A model generated the notes under the pieces. That model did no database searches. It was not told the DNA's origin and saw only the letters and a program-made list of their open reading frames with translations. A program made the position numbers and the translations under genes. From Planctopirus limnophila DSM 3776 (lineage in GTDB: Bacteria; Planctomycetota; Planctomycetia; Planctomycetales; Planctomycetaceae), in assembly GCF_000092105.1 (NCBI RefSeq), contig NC_014148.1, positions 3,450,001 through 3,482,000 on the forward strand: 32,000 nucleotides of DNA, given 5' to 3'. Position 1 is the first letter of the stretch, and every line of letters begins with the position of its first letter. Shown one piece after another: positions 1 to 8,560 of the stretch.

Positions 1-392
1 GTACTACGGCCCAGGTATTCGTAATCGACCAGGTGAGTGGAATCGTCGTCGATGATCGAGACGGTGCGGCTGAGGGCATCATCCAGACTGTTGGCGGTGC
101 CGTAGCTGTAGGTCAACGTGCGGCCGTTGGGATAGACCAGCCCTGTCTGGCGGATCGAGTTATTCGAGCCGTCGGCGTAGGTGTACTGGACTTTCGGTGT
201 CGTCAACACGTTCACCGCTCCATCATGGGACTGGTACTCCGTGATCAGTTGGCCAAAATCATCGTACACCATTTGTACCTGATTGATGCAGTTACTCATT
301 GCGACGGAATCGAAAGCCACTGCCGGCGAGCGATCCCCGGCAGTGGGTGGAAAGAAACACTTTGCTGAAATATCAAAGAGCAAAAAGATCAT
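1..392 (-). CDS. RHS/YD-repeat protein, 5' end only (ORF runs off the left edge of the window)
   Basis: Absent from the supplied track because it has no stop inside the window. My translation of the minus strand from ATG 392..390 gives MIFLLFDISAKCFFPPTAGDRSPAVAFDSVAMSNCINQVQMVYDDFGQLITEYQSHDGAVNVLTTPKVQYTYADGSNNSIRQTGLVYPNGRTLTYSYGTANSLDDALSRTVSIIDDDSTHLVDYEYLGRS, open to position 1. The recurring YDxxGQL, YxYADG and YPNGRxLxYxYG units are the YD/RHS repeat signature. Alternative starts are at 299 (MSNC) and 272 (MVYDD). Track ORF 33..368 (+) is its antisense shadow. Confidence 0.55.
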   Translation of the reverse strand, partial: MIFLLFDISAKCFFPPTAGDRSPAVAFDSVAMSNCINQVQMVYDDFGQLITEYQSHDGAVNVLTTPKVQYTYADGSNNSIRQTGLVYPNGRTLTYSYGTANSLDDALSRTVSIIDDDSTHLVDYEYLGRS

Positions 393-491
393 GGTCGAGG
401 GAGGCGCAAACTCTTGTGCCGCTGGCACACAGGTCGCTCTAAGACGAGCAATCTGTGCCACCTGCTGTCCGGAAGGTTGGTGAGCCGAGAA

Positions 492-1463
492 TCACTTGCG
501 AGCAACATGCTTGCCGAGGAAATCACGCATCAGTCGGGCAATCTCGTCGCCGTTGGATTCCAGGGCAAAGTGACCCGCGTCGAGGAGATGGAACTCCAGC
601 GTCTTGAGGTCTCGTTTGTAAGGCTCGGCACCGGCAGCGGGGAAGATCTGATCATTCTTTCCCCAGACGATCAGCATCGGCGGCTGGTGCTTACGGAAAT
701 ACTCCTGCCAGCGGGGATAAAGGGCCGGATTGCTGCCGTAACTGAGGAACATGTCGAGCTGAATCTCGGCATTGCCGGGGCGGTCGAGGAGAAACTGATC
801 GTGGGCAGCTCCATCCGGGCTGACACGCTCCGGCTGCTTCACCCCATGCAGATACTGCCACTTGGTGGCGTCGTAGTTGAGAACTCCCTTGAGGGCGTCG
901 CGCTTCGTCTGGCTGGTGGGATCGTTCCAGTAGGCCTTGATCGGCTTCCAGAAGTCGTTGTCGAGCCCTTCATCGTAGGCATTGCCATTCTGGACGACGA
1001 TCGCCGTGATGCGTTCGGGATGGGCACTGGCCAGACGATAGCCGATCGGCGCGCCGTAGTCCTGCACATAGAGGGCGTACTTCGTGAGGCCGATCTTTTG
1101 CGTGAATTCGTCGATTACCTTTGCCAGGTTGTCGAAGGTGTAGGTGAATTTGTCGTGGGTGGGCATCGAGCTGTGGCCGAAACCGGGATAGTCAGGGGCG
1201 ATGACGTGGTACTTGTCGGCCAGAGCGGGAATGAGATTGCGGAACATCTGCGAACTGGTGGGAAAGCCGTGCAGCAGCAGGATCGTCGGCGCGTCCTTCG
1301 GACCGGCCTCACGATAGAAGATGTCGAGGTCGCCCACTTTGACCGTCTTGTGCAGGACAGTCTGGGTTTGAGCCTGGGTTTCGTTGGCGGAGAGCCAACC
1401 CCATGCCGTGAATGCTGAGAAAGCCAATAGAATAGCGAGGGAATTACTGCGAGACATGGTCAA
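492..1463 (-). CDS. secreted alpha/beta-fold hydrolase (epoxide hydrolase / haloalkane dehalogenase-like)
   Basis: 323-aa ORF with a signal-like N-terminus ([15 protein letters not shown]). [37 protein letters not shown] is the typical HG/oxyanion region of the fold. YVQDYGAP looks like an Asp-nucleophile elbow. GHFALE near the C-terminus fits the catalytic His region. Confidence 0.85.
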   Translation of the reverse strand: MTMSRSNSLAILLAFSAFTAWGWLSANETQAQTQTVLHKTVKVGDLDIFYREAGPKDAPTILLLHGFPTSSQMFRNLIPALADKYHVIAPDYPGFGHSSMPTHDKFTYTFDNLAKVIDEFTQKIGLTKYALYVQDYGAPIGYRLASAHPERITAIVVQNGNAYDEGLDNDFWKPIKAYWNDPTSQTKRDALKGVLNYDATKWQYLHGVKQPERVSPDGAAHDQFLLDRPGNAEIQLDMFLSYGSNPALYPRWQEYFRKHQPPMLIVWGKNDQIFPAAGAEPYKRDLKTLEFHLLDAGHFALESNGDEIARLMRDFLGKHVARK

Positions 1464-1511
1464 TACTCTCTAAATGAGAAGTGGGCTTTAAAGAACAAGT
1501 TTGATCGTTAT

Positions 1512-2000
1512 TTAGCGGATTTCGAAAATGCCCGGGTGATCCGCTGGGCGTGCGCCGGGGGCGGGCCAGAAGAATTTGCGGTCGGATTCGACGATATCGA
1601 TGTCGTTGATGCTGGCCTCGCGGCGACGCATCAAACCACGTTCGTCGAACTCCCAGAGTTCGTTGCCATAGCTCCGGTGCCAGCCGCCGTGGAGATCGCG
1701 CCATTCATACTGGAAGCGGACAGCGATACGATTATCAGTAAAAGCCCAGAGATCTTTCACCAGCCGATAGTCGAGTTCCCGTTGCCATTTACCAGCCAGA
1801 AACCGTTGGATCTCTGCGCGACCGGTGACGAACTCGCTGCGATTACGCCAGACGGAGTCCTCGGTGTAGGCAAGGGAGACACGCACTGGATCACGGGAAT
1901 TCCAGCTATCTTCGGCCAGACGAACTTTGCGGAGTGCCGTCTCTTGTGTGAATGGCGGCACTAGGATCAGTGTCGCATGCTGTTGGATCGTCGTGGACAT
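1512..2000 (-). CDS. DUF1348 family protein (NTF2/SnoaL-like fold)
   Basis: 162-aa ORF. The blocks [51 protein letters not shown] and YGNE.WEFDE.GLM are the conserved DUF1348 pattern as I recall it. Confidence 0.8.
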   Translation of the reverse strand: MSTTIQQHATLILVPPFTQETALRKVRLAEDSWNSRDPVRVSLAYTEDSVWRNRSEFVTGRAEIQRFLAGKWQRELDYRLVKDLWAFTDNRIAVRFQYEWRDLHGGWHRSYGNELWEFDERGLMRRREASINDIDIVESDRKFFWPAPGARPADHPGIFEIR

Positions 2001-2092
2001 GATGATCTGCCTCTTTCGTGAGCCGGGAACTCATTGAGGATAACGCTCGTAAAGCCTCGCGACTGTTGGTCATCGCGAGGCTTCGACTGTTG

Positions 2093-2629
2093 TTAGAGAG
2101 CCGGAGCGTGGGGGAAATCGACTTCCGTCGCTGCGACGATGTTGAAGTAGTTGGTCAAGATGTCGTGGGCGACACCAGCGACGACTTCGGCAATCACGCC
2201 ATCACCAAAACCTGCATCTCGGACGGCCTGCACGTCGGCTTCGTTCACATGACCGCGCGTCTCAACGACTCTGTGAGCAAAACGCAGCAGAGCATCGGTT
2301 CCCGGATCAACCGCCTCTCCATGCCGACTGTCACGCAGTTGGTCGACAGTCAGGCCGACCATCTTGCCAATGGCCGAATGAGCAGCCAGGCAATAGTCAC
2401 AACTATTGGCTTGAGCGACCGCTAAAGAAATCTGTTCTCGAACTTTGGCACTCAGTTGCCCACGCGCCAGGGCACCACTGAATTGCAGATAGCCTTCGAG
2501 GACAGCCGGAGCTTGAGCCATCGTTCGCATCATGTTGGGAACCATCCCCAACTTGCGGCCAACTCCATCGAGCAGTTCTTTGACGTGGCCAGTGGCATTC
2601 TGTGGATCGAGAGGAGTGATTCGTGGCAT
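2093..2629 (-). CDS. carboxymuconolactone decarboxylase / AhpD-like family protein
   Basis: The track ORF 2093..2644 begins at a TTG; the ATG at 2629 (MPRITPL) is the more likely start. The AhpD-core CxxC motif is present (AQANSCDYCLAAHS). The size of about 178 aa is typical of the family. Confidence 0.85.
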   Translation of the reverse strand: MPRITPLDPQNATGHVKELLDGVGRKLGMVPNMMRTMAQAPAVLEGYLQFSGALARGQLSAKVREQISLAVAQANSCDYCLAAHSAIGKMVGLTVDQLRDSRHGEAVDPGTDALLRFAHRVVETRGHVNEADVQAVRDAGFGDGVIAEVVAGVAHDILTNYFNIVAATEVDFPHAPAL

Positions 2630-2639
2630 GATGATTTCT

Positions 2640-2662
2640 TTCAAATTCTGGATTCAAATTCT
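2640..2662 (-). promoter_or_regulatory. tandem 10-bp direct repeat (TTCAAATTCT-gga-TTCAAATTCT on +) just upstream of the AhpD-like start
   Basis: Exact 10-mer at 2640..2649 and 2653..2662, with 13-bp periodicity, lying 11-33 nt upstream of ATG 2629. Function is unknown; the repeat is seen directly in the sequence. Confidence 0.25.
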
Positions 2663-2765
2663 TGTCACCGAACAATTCGATAACTGACACCCCTTAGCAC
2701 ACATCCCATGCCACTCAACAGAAAAAACACAAATCATTTAAAAACATGAGTTTACGACATTTTTA

Positions 2766-2808
2766 TTGACACCTAGTAAATAACGACATATCGTATTCTT
2801 ACGAATAC
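2766..2808 (+). promoter_or_regulatory. candidate sigma-70-type promoter with overlapping inverted repeat, upstream of the sigma-54 activator gene
   Basis: TTGACA (2766..2771), a 17-nt spacer, then TATCGT (2789..2794). The inverted repeat GTATTC-ttac-GAATAC (2793..2808) overlaps the -10 and start-site region. Promoter consensus in Planctomycetota is poorly defined, so confidence is low. Confidence 0.3.
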
Positions 2809-2843
2809 ACGTAAACACATCACGAAATTTCGTGAGTCGATCT

Positions 2844-4499
2844 ATGAGCGATGTCCGCAGTGAGCCTCTGGTCTCAGACCCCAAACGCCTGCTCCTTGAT
2901 CTGGCGCGAGAACATTCCGTTGAGGGCTTGCTCAACCTGATTGTCAGCCGACTGGCAGAGCAGAAACGCATCGCTCTGGCCCGCATCTGGTTATCGCAAC
3001 CGACAAGCGAATGCCGTGGCTGCTCGACACAGGAGGTGTGTCAGCACCAGACAGAGTGTCTGAAACTGGTTGCCAGTCGTGGATCCTCGCTGACAACGCC
3101 CTCGATCACCTGGACTGCGGTGGATGGGGCTTTCCAGTATATGCCCTACAGCGTGCGCAAAGTGGGACGGATCGCTGCCACGGGACTGGCCATCGAAGAA
3201 CCAGAGATCCAGGAACCTCTACCAGAATGGATTGCACGTCCGGAGTGGGTACGAGCCGAAGGGATTCGAGGCTTCGCCGGTCAACCACTGATCCACAGGG
3301 GAAAAGTTCTCGGGGTACTCGGAGTCTTTGCCCGGCAGATTATTGGCGAAGAATGCATGGGCTGGCTGCGCATGATTGCCGACCACGCGGCGGCAGCAAT
3401 CGTTACCGCTCGAGCCTTTGCCGAAATTGAAAGTCTTCGTAAGCGTCTGGAATTGGAGAACGAGTACCTACGGGAAGAAGTGACGGGGAGCGGTGCGTTC
3501 GGCGAACTGATCGGTCAAAGCCCGGCTTTGGGGACAGTCTCTCAGCAGATCGACCTGGTAGCACCGACCGATTCGTCAGTATTGATTCTTGGGGAAAGTG
3601 GCACTGGCAAAGAGTTGGTCGCCCGCGAGATCCATCGCCGCAGCAGGCGATCGAATCGTCCGCTCATCAAGGTGAACTGCGCCGCCGTCCCGCGCGAACT
3701 CTACGAGAGCGAGTTTTTCGGGCATGCCAAAGGGGCATTCACCGGAGCCCTGCGCGATCGAGTCGGACGATTTGAACTGGCGGATGGGGGGACACTCTTT
3801 CTTGATGAAGTGGGCGAGATTCCGCTGGAACTCCAAGCCAAACTGTTGCGTGTGTTGCAAGAGGGAGAACTGGAGCGAGTTGGCGAAGAACGAACACGGA
3901 AGGTCAACGTGCGGATCATAGCGGCCACGAATCGCGATTTACGCATGGAGGCGGAGGCGGGGCGGTTTCGGCAAGATCTCTATTACCGTTTGAGTGTGTT
4001 CCCTGTGGAAGTCCCGCCATTACGTCGACGCAAAGAGGATGTTCCCCTCCTGGCCAGTCACTTCCTGAGGATTGCAGCACGCAAGGTGGGACGTCCTCAA
4101 CCTTTGTTGACTCTCGCCATCGTCCAGAAACTTCAGCAATACGACTGGCCGGGAAATGTGCGCGAGTTGCAGCATGTCATCGAACGAGCGGTCATTACTT
4201 CGACCAACGAGAGACTCTTGATTGAACTCCCTCAAACAACGGGCAGCAAACCCACCAGATCTGTGAAGTCGCCCAGCAATTCCACAGCGACATCTCAGGA
4301 GATTCCCATTCGCACCGACCTGGAGATCCGGCAGATGGAAGCAGAAAACATTCTGGCAGCACTGCAGGCCACTCATGGCAAAATCTCAGGGCCAGGGGGA
4401 GCAGCAGCACTTCTGGGCCTCAAGCCAACCACTCTGGCTTCACGGATCAAGGCTTTGGGAATCAAGCCTGCCCCTCGCTATCCGAGAGGAGAAGACTAA
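2844..4499 (+). CDS. sigma-54-dependent transcriptional activator (bacterial enhancer-binding protein): GAF sensor, AAA+ domain, Fis-type HTH
   Basis: Walker A GESGTGKE, the sigma-54 contact loop GAFTGA ([10 protein letters not shown]), Walker [22 protein letters not shown], and a C-terminal HTH ([20 protein letters not shown]). The N-terminal region of about 190 aa has GAF-like blocks ([13 protein letters not shown]) and there is no receiver domain. The track start 2832 is a GTG; ATG 2844 is the alternative used here. Confidence 0.9.
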   Translation: MSDVRSEPLVSDPKRLLLDLAREHSVEGLLNLIVSRLAEQKRIALARIWLSQPTSECRGCSTQEVCQHQTECLKLVASRGSSLTTPSITWTAVDGAFQYMPYSVRKVGRIAATGLAIEEPEIQEPLPEWIARPEWVRAEGIRGFAGQPLIHRGKVLGVLGVFARQIIGEECMGWLRMIADHAAAAIVTARAFAEIESLRKRLELENEYLREEVTGSGAFGELIGQSPALGTVSQQIDLVAPTDSSVLILGESGTGKELVAREIHRRSRRSNRPLIKVNCAAVPRELYESEFFGHAKGAFTGALRDRVGRFELADGGTLFLDEVGEIPLELQAKLLRVLQEGELERVGEERTRKVNVRIIAATNRDLRMEAEAGRFRQDLYYRLSVFPVEVPPLRRRKEDVPLLASHFLRIAARKVGRPQPLLTLAIVQKLQQYDWPGNVRELQHVIERAVITSTNERLLIELPQTTGSKPTRSVKSPSNSTATSQEIPIRTDLEIRQMEAENILAALQATHGKISGPGGAAALLGLKPTTLASRIKALGIKPAPRYPRGED

Positions 4500-4564
4500 C
4501 TCTTGATGACGCAACAAGATGACGCGAAGTCTGAGTACCCCATCGTGAGAAAAGGGTCTTCGGG

Positions 4565-6622
4565 TCACTGTGAAGCTGAAGACACAACTGCTGATCGAGG
4601 ACCAGTATCAGCAAGTGGTCGAGGCTGAGATCGGTCGGGCCACCAGCCGAGTTCTCGATAAACGGGTGAGTTGATCTGGAATCCTTGTTGGGGTTGTGAG
4701 CGATCAACCAGTAAGGGATCAGCCAATAGAGAATCCTTATCGTACCCCAGTTCTTGCCAGGCCGCCCATTTCCACATTCCCCACCTCCATGGCTGCGGGG
4801 CATTCGAGAAGTAGAGATTCTTGTTGAGCTGCACGTTGCGGTTTTTCCAGTTCGAATGCAGAAAGTGGCCAGTCGTATTGACAACGACGTTCTGCTCGAA
4901 CGTAAATGAGTTGTGCTCTTCTTCCTTAGACCGGCGCACTCCCCCTTCACCACAATCGACAATCAGATTGCGGCGAATGATGTTGTCTTTACCATAGTGC
5001 TGATGAAAACCAGCCTTCATACAGCGGGCGACGACGTTTTCTTCCAGCAGAATGCCCGTCGAACCTTCGTCGGTATAGAGCCCCCACGCTCCGTATTCGT
5101 GGCACTTCAAGTCATGAATCAGATTTTTGCGAACAATCGTTCCCGGCTGTGGGCCCAGCAGATAAACACCACCCATATCGCTGAGAAGATCGCTTCCCAG
5201 ATGGTGGATATGATTGTGTTCGACGATGTTGTGATGGCAGGGAGACTCTTTATAGCCCCAGGTCCAGCCAACCGAGATCCCGGAGTAAGGAGCATCGAAG
5301 ATCGTGTTATCCGAAATCCGGTTTTCACTCGACTGAAAGACGATGACACCCACAGCACCAAAATCAATGTTTCCATAGCGGCTGATCTGACAACCAGACA
5401 CGATGTTTCGACTGACCTGCTTTTCCGACTCGGGTGCGATCACCGCCTCACCAATCCGGATCCCGCCCGCCCCCAGGTTATGCAATCGGCAGTTTTCAAT
5501 CCGAATGGAATTGCTGCCTGTCTGCAAATCTACGCCATATCCCGCGACTAGAGAAACTGTTGAGTTTTTGAGCGTACAGTGACGAGCCCAGCGGAATTGT
5601 ATGGCACCGCGCCTTTTGGCCGCCGCCTGCACATCGATTTCGCCTTGAGCAGAAAATGAACTCCCACATTCCCGGAAATCAAGCCCCTCCAGTGTCACGT
5701 TTTCGGCATGGTCAACGACCACCAAGGCTTCCAGTAGCGAGACATCGACTCGTGGGATTGCCGATGAAGAACCTGCCTGTGCGAGTGGTTTCCAGAGGAT
5801 GGCATTTTCAGCCGGTCGATAAATCCATTCTCCCTCACGATTGATGTCAGTTAACGAGTTTTCGAACCAGAAGCGGTTCTTCTTTTCCTGCCGATGGCCG
5901 ATGGCTGCCAGTGGAAGTGTCAGCGTACGTTGCCTGGTGTCAATGCCCGTCACAACCTGCTCAAAGCCAGCCCATTTCTGAACTGCTCGAACGACCAGGC
6001 CCGACCCTTCCTGCCAGGCAGAATTCCAGTGCTCTTGAGGAATCTCCAGTTGGATGGGCCCATTTGTCTGAAGAGTCTGTTCTGTCTCCAACCAGCCAGC
6101 ATCAGGAGTGCGAGCCCGGGCCAGGAGTTTCCCATCGTGAAAGATCAGTCGAGGGCTGAGATGTGCCGGAACCGGCATGGGTAAAGTGGCTTGCCATAGC
6201 CCGTCATGCCCTGCGACAGGCTTCCAATCGTGAAGTGAAATCGACCCGCGAATAATGGATCCCGGCGAGCCCCTAAGAGTCATCCCGTTATGCTTGGCAG
6301 TCAACTTCAGTGTCTTGTCGAGTCGATATTCTCCCGGAGAGAGAATGATTGTCGCCCCCGGTTCCTTCGCCACGATCCGATCGATCGTTTTCTGAAGAGA
6401 CCCTTCGACAAGACCTTCGGGGGATATTCGACTGGCATCAGCAGCCAGACTTTCCAGGGGCGTTAGGACTGCTATTGCCAGAAGTGTCACCAGAATCTGG
6501 CAGATATCTGATACAGGAGTTTGGTATCGTGACCCTTCTAAAACTCTTGTATTTTTTGGGGCGGACACAACCTGTGTTGCTGACAGTCGCTGCCACATGG
6601 CAATCCTCTTCCTCAACTTCAC
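4565..6622 (-). CDS. secreted right-handed parallel beta-helix repeat protein (possible polysaccharide lyase/hydrolase)
   Basis: 685-aa ORF with a hydrophobic signal-like segment (ICQILVTLLAIAVLTPLESLAADA). It has many short repeats of the type N.T..N..V / I..N.I.D..Y.GI / I.RN.I.D typical of parallel beta-helix proteins. The start could be GTG 6622 or ATG 6598. The catalytic class cannot be assigned by eye. Confidence 0.7.
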   Translation of the reverse strand: MKLRKRIAMWQRLSATQVVSAPKNTRVLEGSRYQTPVSDICQILVTLLAIAVLTPLESLAADASRISPEGLVEGSLQKTIDRIVAKEPGATIILSPGEYRLDKTLKLTAKHNGMTLRGSPGSIIRGSISLHDWKPVAGHDGLWQATLPMPVPAHLSPRLIFHDGKLLARARTPDAGWLETEQTLQTNGPIQLEIPQEHWNSAWQEGSGLVVRAVQKWAGFEQVVTGIDTRQRTLTLPLAAIGHRQEKKNRFWFENSLTDINREGEWIYRPAENAILWKPLAQAGSSSAIPRVDVSLLEALVVVDHAENVTLEGLDFRECGSSFSAQGEIDVQAAAKRRGAIQFRWARHCTLKNSTVSLVAGYGVDLQTGSNSIRIENCRLHNLGAGGIRIGEAVIAPESEKQVSRNIVSGCQISRYGNIDFGAVGVIVFQSSENRISDNTIFDAPYSGISVGWTWGYKESPCHHNIVEHNHIHHLGSDLLSDMGGVYLLGPQPGTIVRKNLIHDLKCHEYGAWGLYTDEGSTGILLEENVVARCMKAGFHQHYGKDNIIRRNLIVDCGEGGVRRSKEEEHNSFTFEQNVVVNTTGHFLHSNWKNRNVQLNKNLYFSNAPQPWRWGMWKWAAWQELGYDKDSLLADPLLVDRSQPQQGFQINSPVYRELGWWPDRSQPRPLADTGPRSAVVSSASQ

Positions 6623-6698
6623 TGTATGAGAACATGGTGATCTCTGTGACAGTATCAGAACGGGACTGTCGCTTCATGCATCAGCGACCATTGTCCTG

Positions 6699-8051
6699 TT
6701 ACTGGGGAAAACACTTGCCGAATGCCACCAGCAGCTTGAGTGGACCTCTCAGGCGGATTTTACGTGTCAGTAATGCCCAGACGATGTGGCGTTCCTTTCG
6801 AAGAAACCCAATCCAGGTCGAAGCCTCTGCGTTGATGCTGAGATCGGCATTACCCTGGTGCCCTTCTGTGACTGTCAAAGCCTGGTCATGAATCTGAAAC
6901 GTCGCCCGCTGAGGCTGCCCCTTCGAGATTTCATCGCCAGTAAACGTGAAATGGAATGTGGCATTCAACTCAGCCGATTGCTTTGGCTGAAAAACATGCG
7001 GAGCCCCTTTGAGGAACCCTTCAATCGTGGCAGGCCGCAGACCGTTGCCGACGATTTTGACTTTCTTGTGAGGAAATCGACGGGTGACGTGCTGCTGGGC
7101 ATCGGAGTTCTTCAGCACATAGATGGTCTCGTGCTTGTCTTGCAGTGGACGCACAATCTCCCTGAGATGCTCTTTTTTGTCCGCAAGATAGGGGCCGATG
7201 ACATCTTCTCCTGCCGGGCAAACTGACAGGCAATACGCCGCCTTATAATTGGGACCAAACGAGAGACTTTGCCACAACGATGAAGACTCGGCATCGGTCA
7301 CTCGCTGGCGATATTCGACAGCATTCCTGCTATCAACGACCTGCTCCACCCAATCCGTGAAGCCTCCCATGAATTCGCGATAGTTGTGTGTATAGCAGGC
7401 AGAAAAATCGAATTGACCATCGGCTGAAATCGCACCTACCGGGCAGGCGGCTACGCAAAGTTTGCACTCCAGGCACGGGTTGTAACTGATGGGATCGTCG
7501 TATGCCGAAATCTCGGCATCGAGCAGAATTGTCCCCAGAAGTATGAAGTTACCAAATCGTGGATGAATCACATTGCGATGAATTCCCATCATCCCCAGCC
7601 CGGCAGCGACAGCAACTGGTTTGTGGGACACCACCCAGACCTTCCCGGGAAAGTCAGCCATCTCCATAGGAAAACCCATGGAGGGATTCATAGCTCCAAT
7701 ACCACGATCTTCAAGCTGGCGGACAATGCGGTGAGCGATTTCATTCACCTCATCACCGCAATGATGAAACTCCAGATTAGCCACAGATCGAGAGGGAGAA
7801 CGAATGGGTTCGCGATTCATCCGCACGACAATGCTCATGAGCGCTTTCGTCCGGGGGTAAGCCTTCAAGATCTCGTGCCGCTCCTGATCCAGAACAGGCC
7901 TGCCGATCTCGATGAATCCCACATCATCGGCACCAGCATCGCGTGCCAGTTGCTTCAGTTCACTGGCCTGCAAAACTGCTGCTGGACTTGCTGGCCCAGA
8001 CTGATTTTTCTCGCGGTAGGCCAGCACTGTCGGATGCTTTTCAATCTTCAT
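6699..8051 (-). CDS. QueG / reductive-dehalogenase-superfamily-like Fe-S protein fused to a C-terminal SCP2 (sterol-carrier-like) domain
   Basis: AAGLGMMGIHRNVIHPRFGNFILLGTILLD followed by CLECKLCVAACPVGAI (CxxCxxCxxxCP) and a later CLSVCPAG resembles the core of epoxyqueuosine reductase/RdhA-type enzymes. The last 100 aa or so (ATFHFTFTGDE...NADLSINAEASTWIGFLRKE...ALLTRKIRLRGPLKLLVAFGKCF) match the SCP2 pattern. Confidence 0.65.
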   Translation of the reverse strand: MKIEKHPTVLAYREKNQSGPASPAAVLQASELKQLARDAGADDVGFIEIGRPVLDQERHEILKAYPRTKALMSIVVRMNREPIRSPSRSVANLEFHHCGDEVNEIAHRIVRQLEDRGIGAMNPSMGFPMEMADFPGKVWVVSHKPVAVAAGLGMMGIHRNVIHPRFGNFILLGTILLDAEISAYDDPISYNPCLECKLCVAACPVGAISADGQFDFSACYTHNYREFMGGFTDWVEQVVDSRNAVEYRQRVTDAESSSLWQSLSFGPNYKAAYCLSVCPAGEDVIGPYLADKKEHLREIVRPLQDKHETIYVLKNSDAQQHVTRRFPHKKVKIVGNGLRPATIEGFLKGAPHVFQPKQSAELNATFHFTFTGDEISKGQPQRATFQIHDQALTVTEGHQGNADLSINAEASTWIGFLRKERHIVWALLTRKIRLRGPLKLLVAFGKCFPQ

Positions 8052-8093
8052 GCTTCACCTGTTGCATATACAACTATATGGGCAAATCGAGAA

Positions 8094-8531
8094 TTAAGAC
8101 TTTGTTCGAATTCGATCAGACGATGTGGTGAGTTGTTGAACCATCTCAGCGCCGAGAGTGGCGATCACTTGCGACTGAGCGGCTTCCCAAAACCCGGCTG
8201 CCGTTTCCAGAAGCTGGCGTCCTTCGCTGGTCAGCCGGACTTGCTGTGCCCTGCCGTCGTTGTCGTCGCTCAGCAACTCCAGCCAGCCTCGATTTTTCAT
8301 TCTCTCCAGATTGCGGCTGAGAGTCGAAACATCGATATGAAGTGCCTCACCGAGATCCGTAGGACGTGGCAAGCCCATCAAGGCGACAACCACCAGAATG
8401 TTCATCTGGCTGACTTTCAACCCCAATGGGCGCAATGCCTCATCGTAGACATTCGTAACGACTCTATTGAGCATACGCAGCCGCACGGCCACGCACTCCC
8501 TCGCAATCTGCTCAATTCGAATTTGGGACAC
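8094..8531 (-). CDS. MarR-family transcriptional regulator
   Basis: 145-aa ORF with a GTG start. The winged-HTH pattern LGLKVSQMNILVVVALMG.PRPTDLGEALHIDVSTLSRNLERMKNRGWLE......DGR...V.LT..G is classic MarR. It lies 42 nt upstream of the Fe-S/SCP2 gene on the same strand. Confidence 0.85.
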   Translation of the reverse strand: MSQIRIEQIARECVAVRLRMLNRVVTNVYDEALRPLGLKVSQMNILVVVALMGLPRPTDLGEALHIDVSTLSRNLERMKNRGWLELLSDDNDGRAQQVRLTSEGRQLLETAAGFWEAAQSQVIATLGAEMVQQLTTSSDRIRTKS

Positions 8532-8560
8532 TTTTCATTTCCGATCATAGGCCGATAGTT

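Noticed and set aside
423-437. Sigma-54-like element TGGCAC-ACAGG-TCGC on the + strand, with correct GG/GC spacing.
   Set aside because: It points into the antisense strand of the alpha/beta hydrolase gene, with no + strand gene downstream. A TGGCAC-N5-NNGC pattern is expected about once by chance in a window of this size.
492-494. The hydrolase stop codon is in the same reading frame as the downstream RHS-like ORF, which could suggest a fusion or read-through.
   Set aside because: About 100 nt of sequence with no recognisable similarity separates them, and the two families are unrelated. Sharing a frame has a one-in-three chance.
414-1418. Long antisense ORFs opposite well-supported genes: 414..1418 (+), 4913..5551 (+), 7563..8558 (+), 10326..10898 (+), 12543..13049 (+), 23199..24500 (-), 26697..27320 (-), 29540..30187 (+).
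   Set aside because: Each lies opposite a gene with clear family motifs. Their translations are Arg/Gly/Val-rich or low-complexity and match no motifs I recognise. They are typical shadow ORFs in moderately GC-rich DNA.
2697-2714. TGGCAT...GTGCT (minus strand) upstream of the AhpD-like gene, as a possible RpoN promoter for the divergent operon.
   Set aside because: The GG and GC dinucleotides are 2 nt further apart than in the canonical -24/-12 element, and that spacing is normally strictly constrained.
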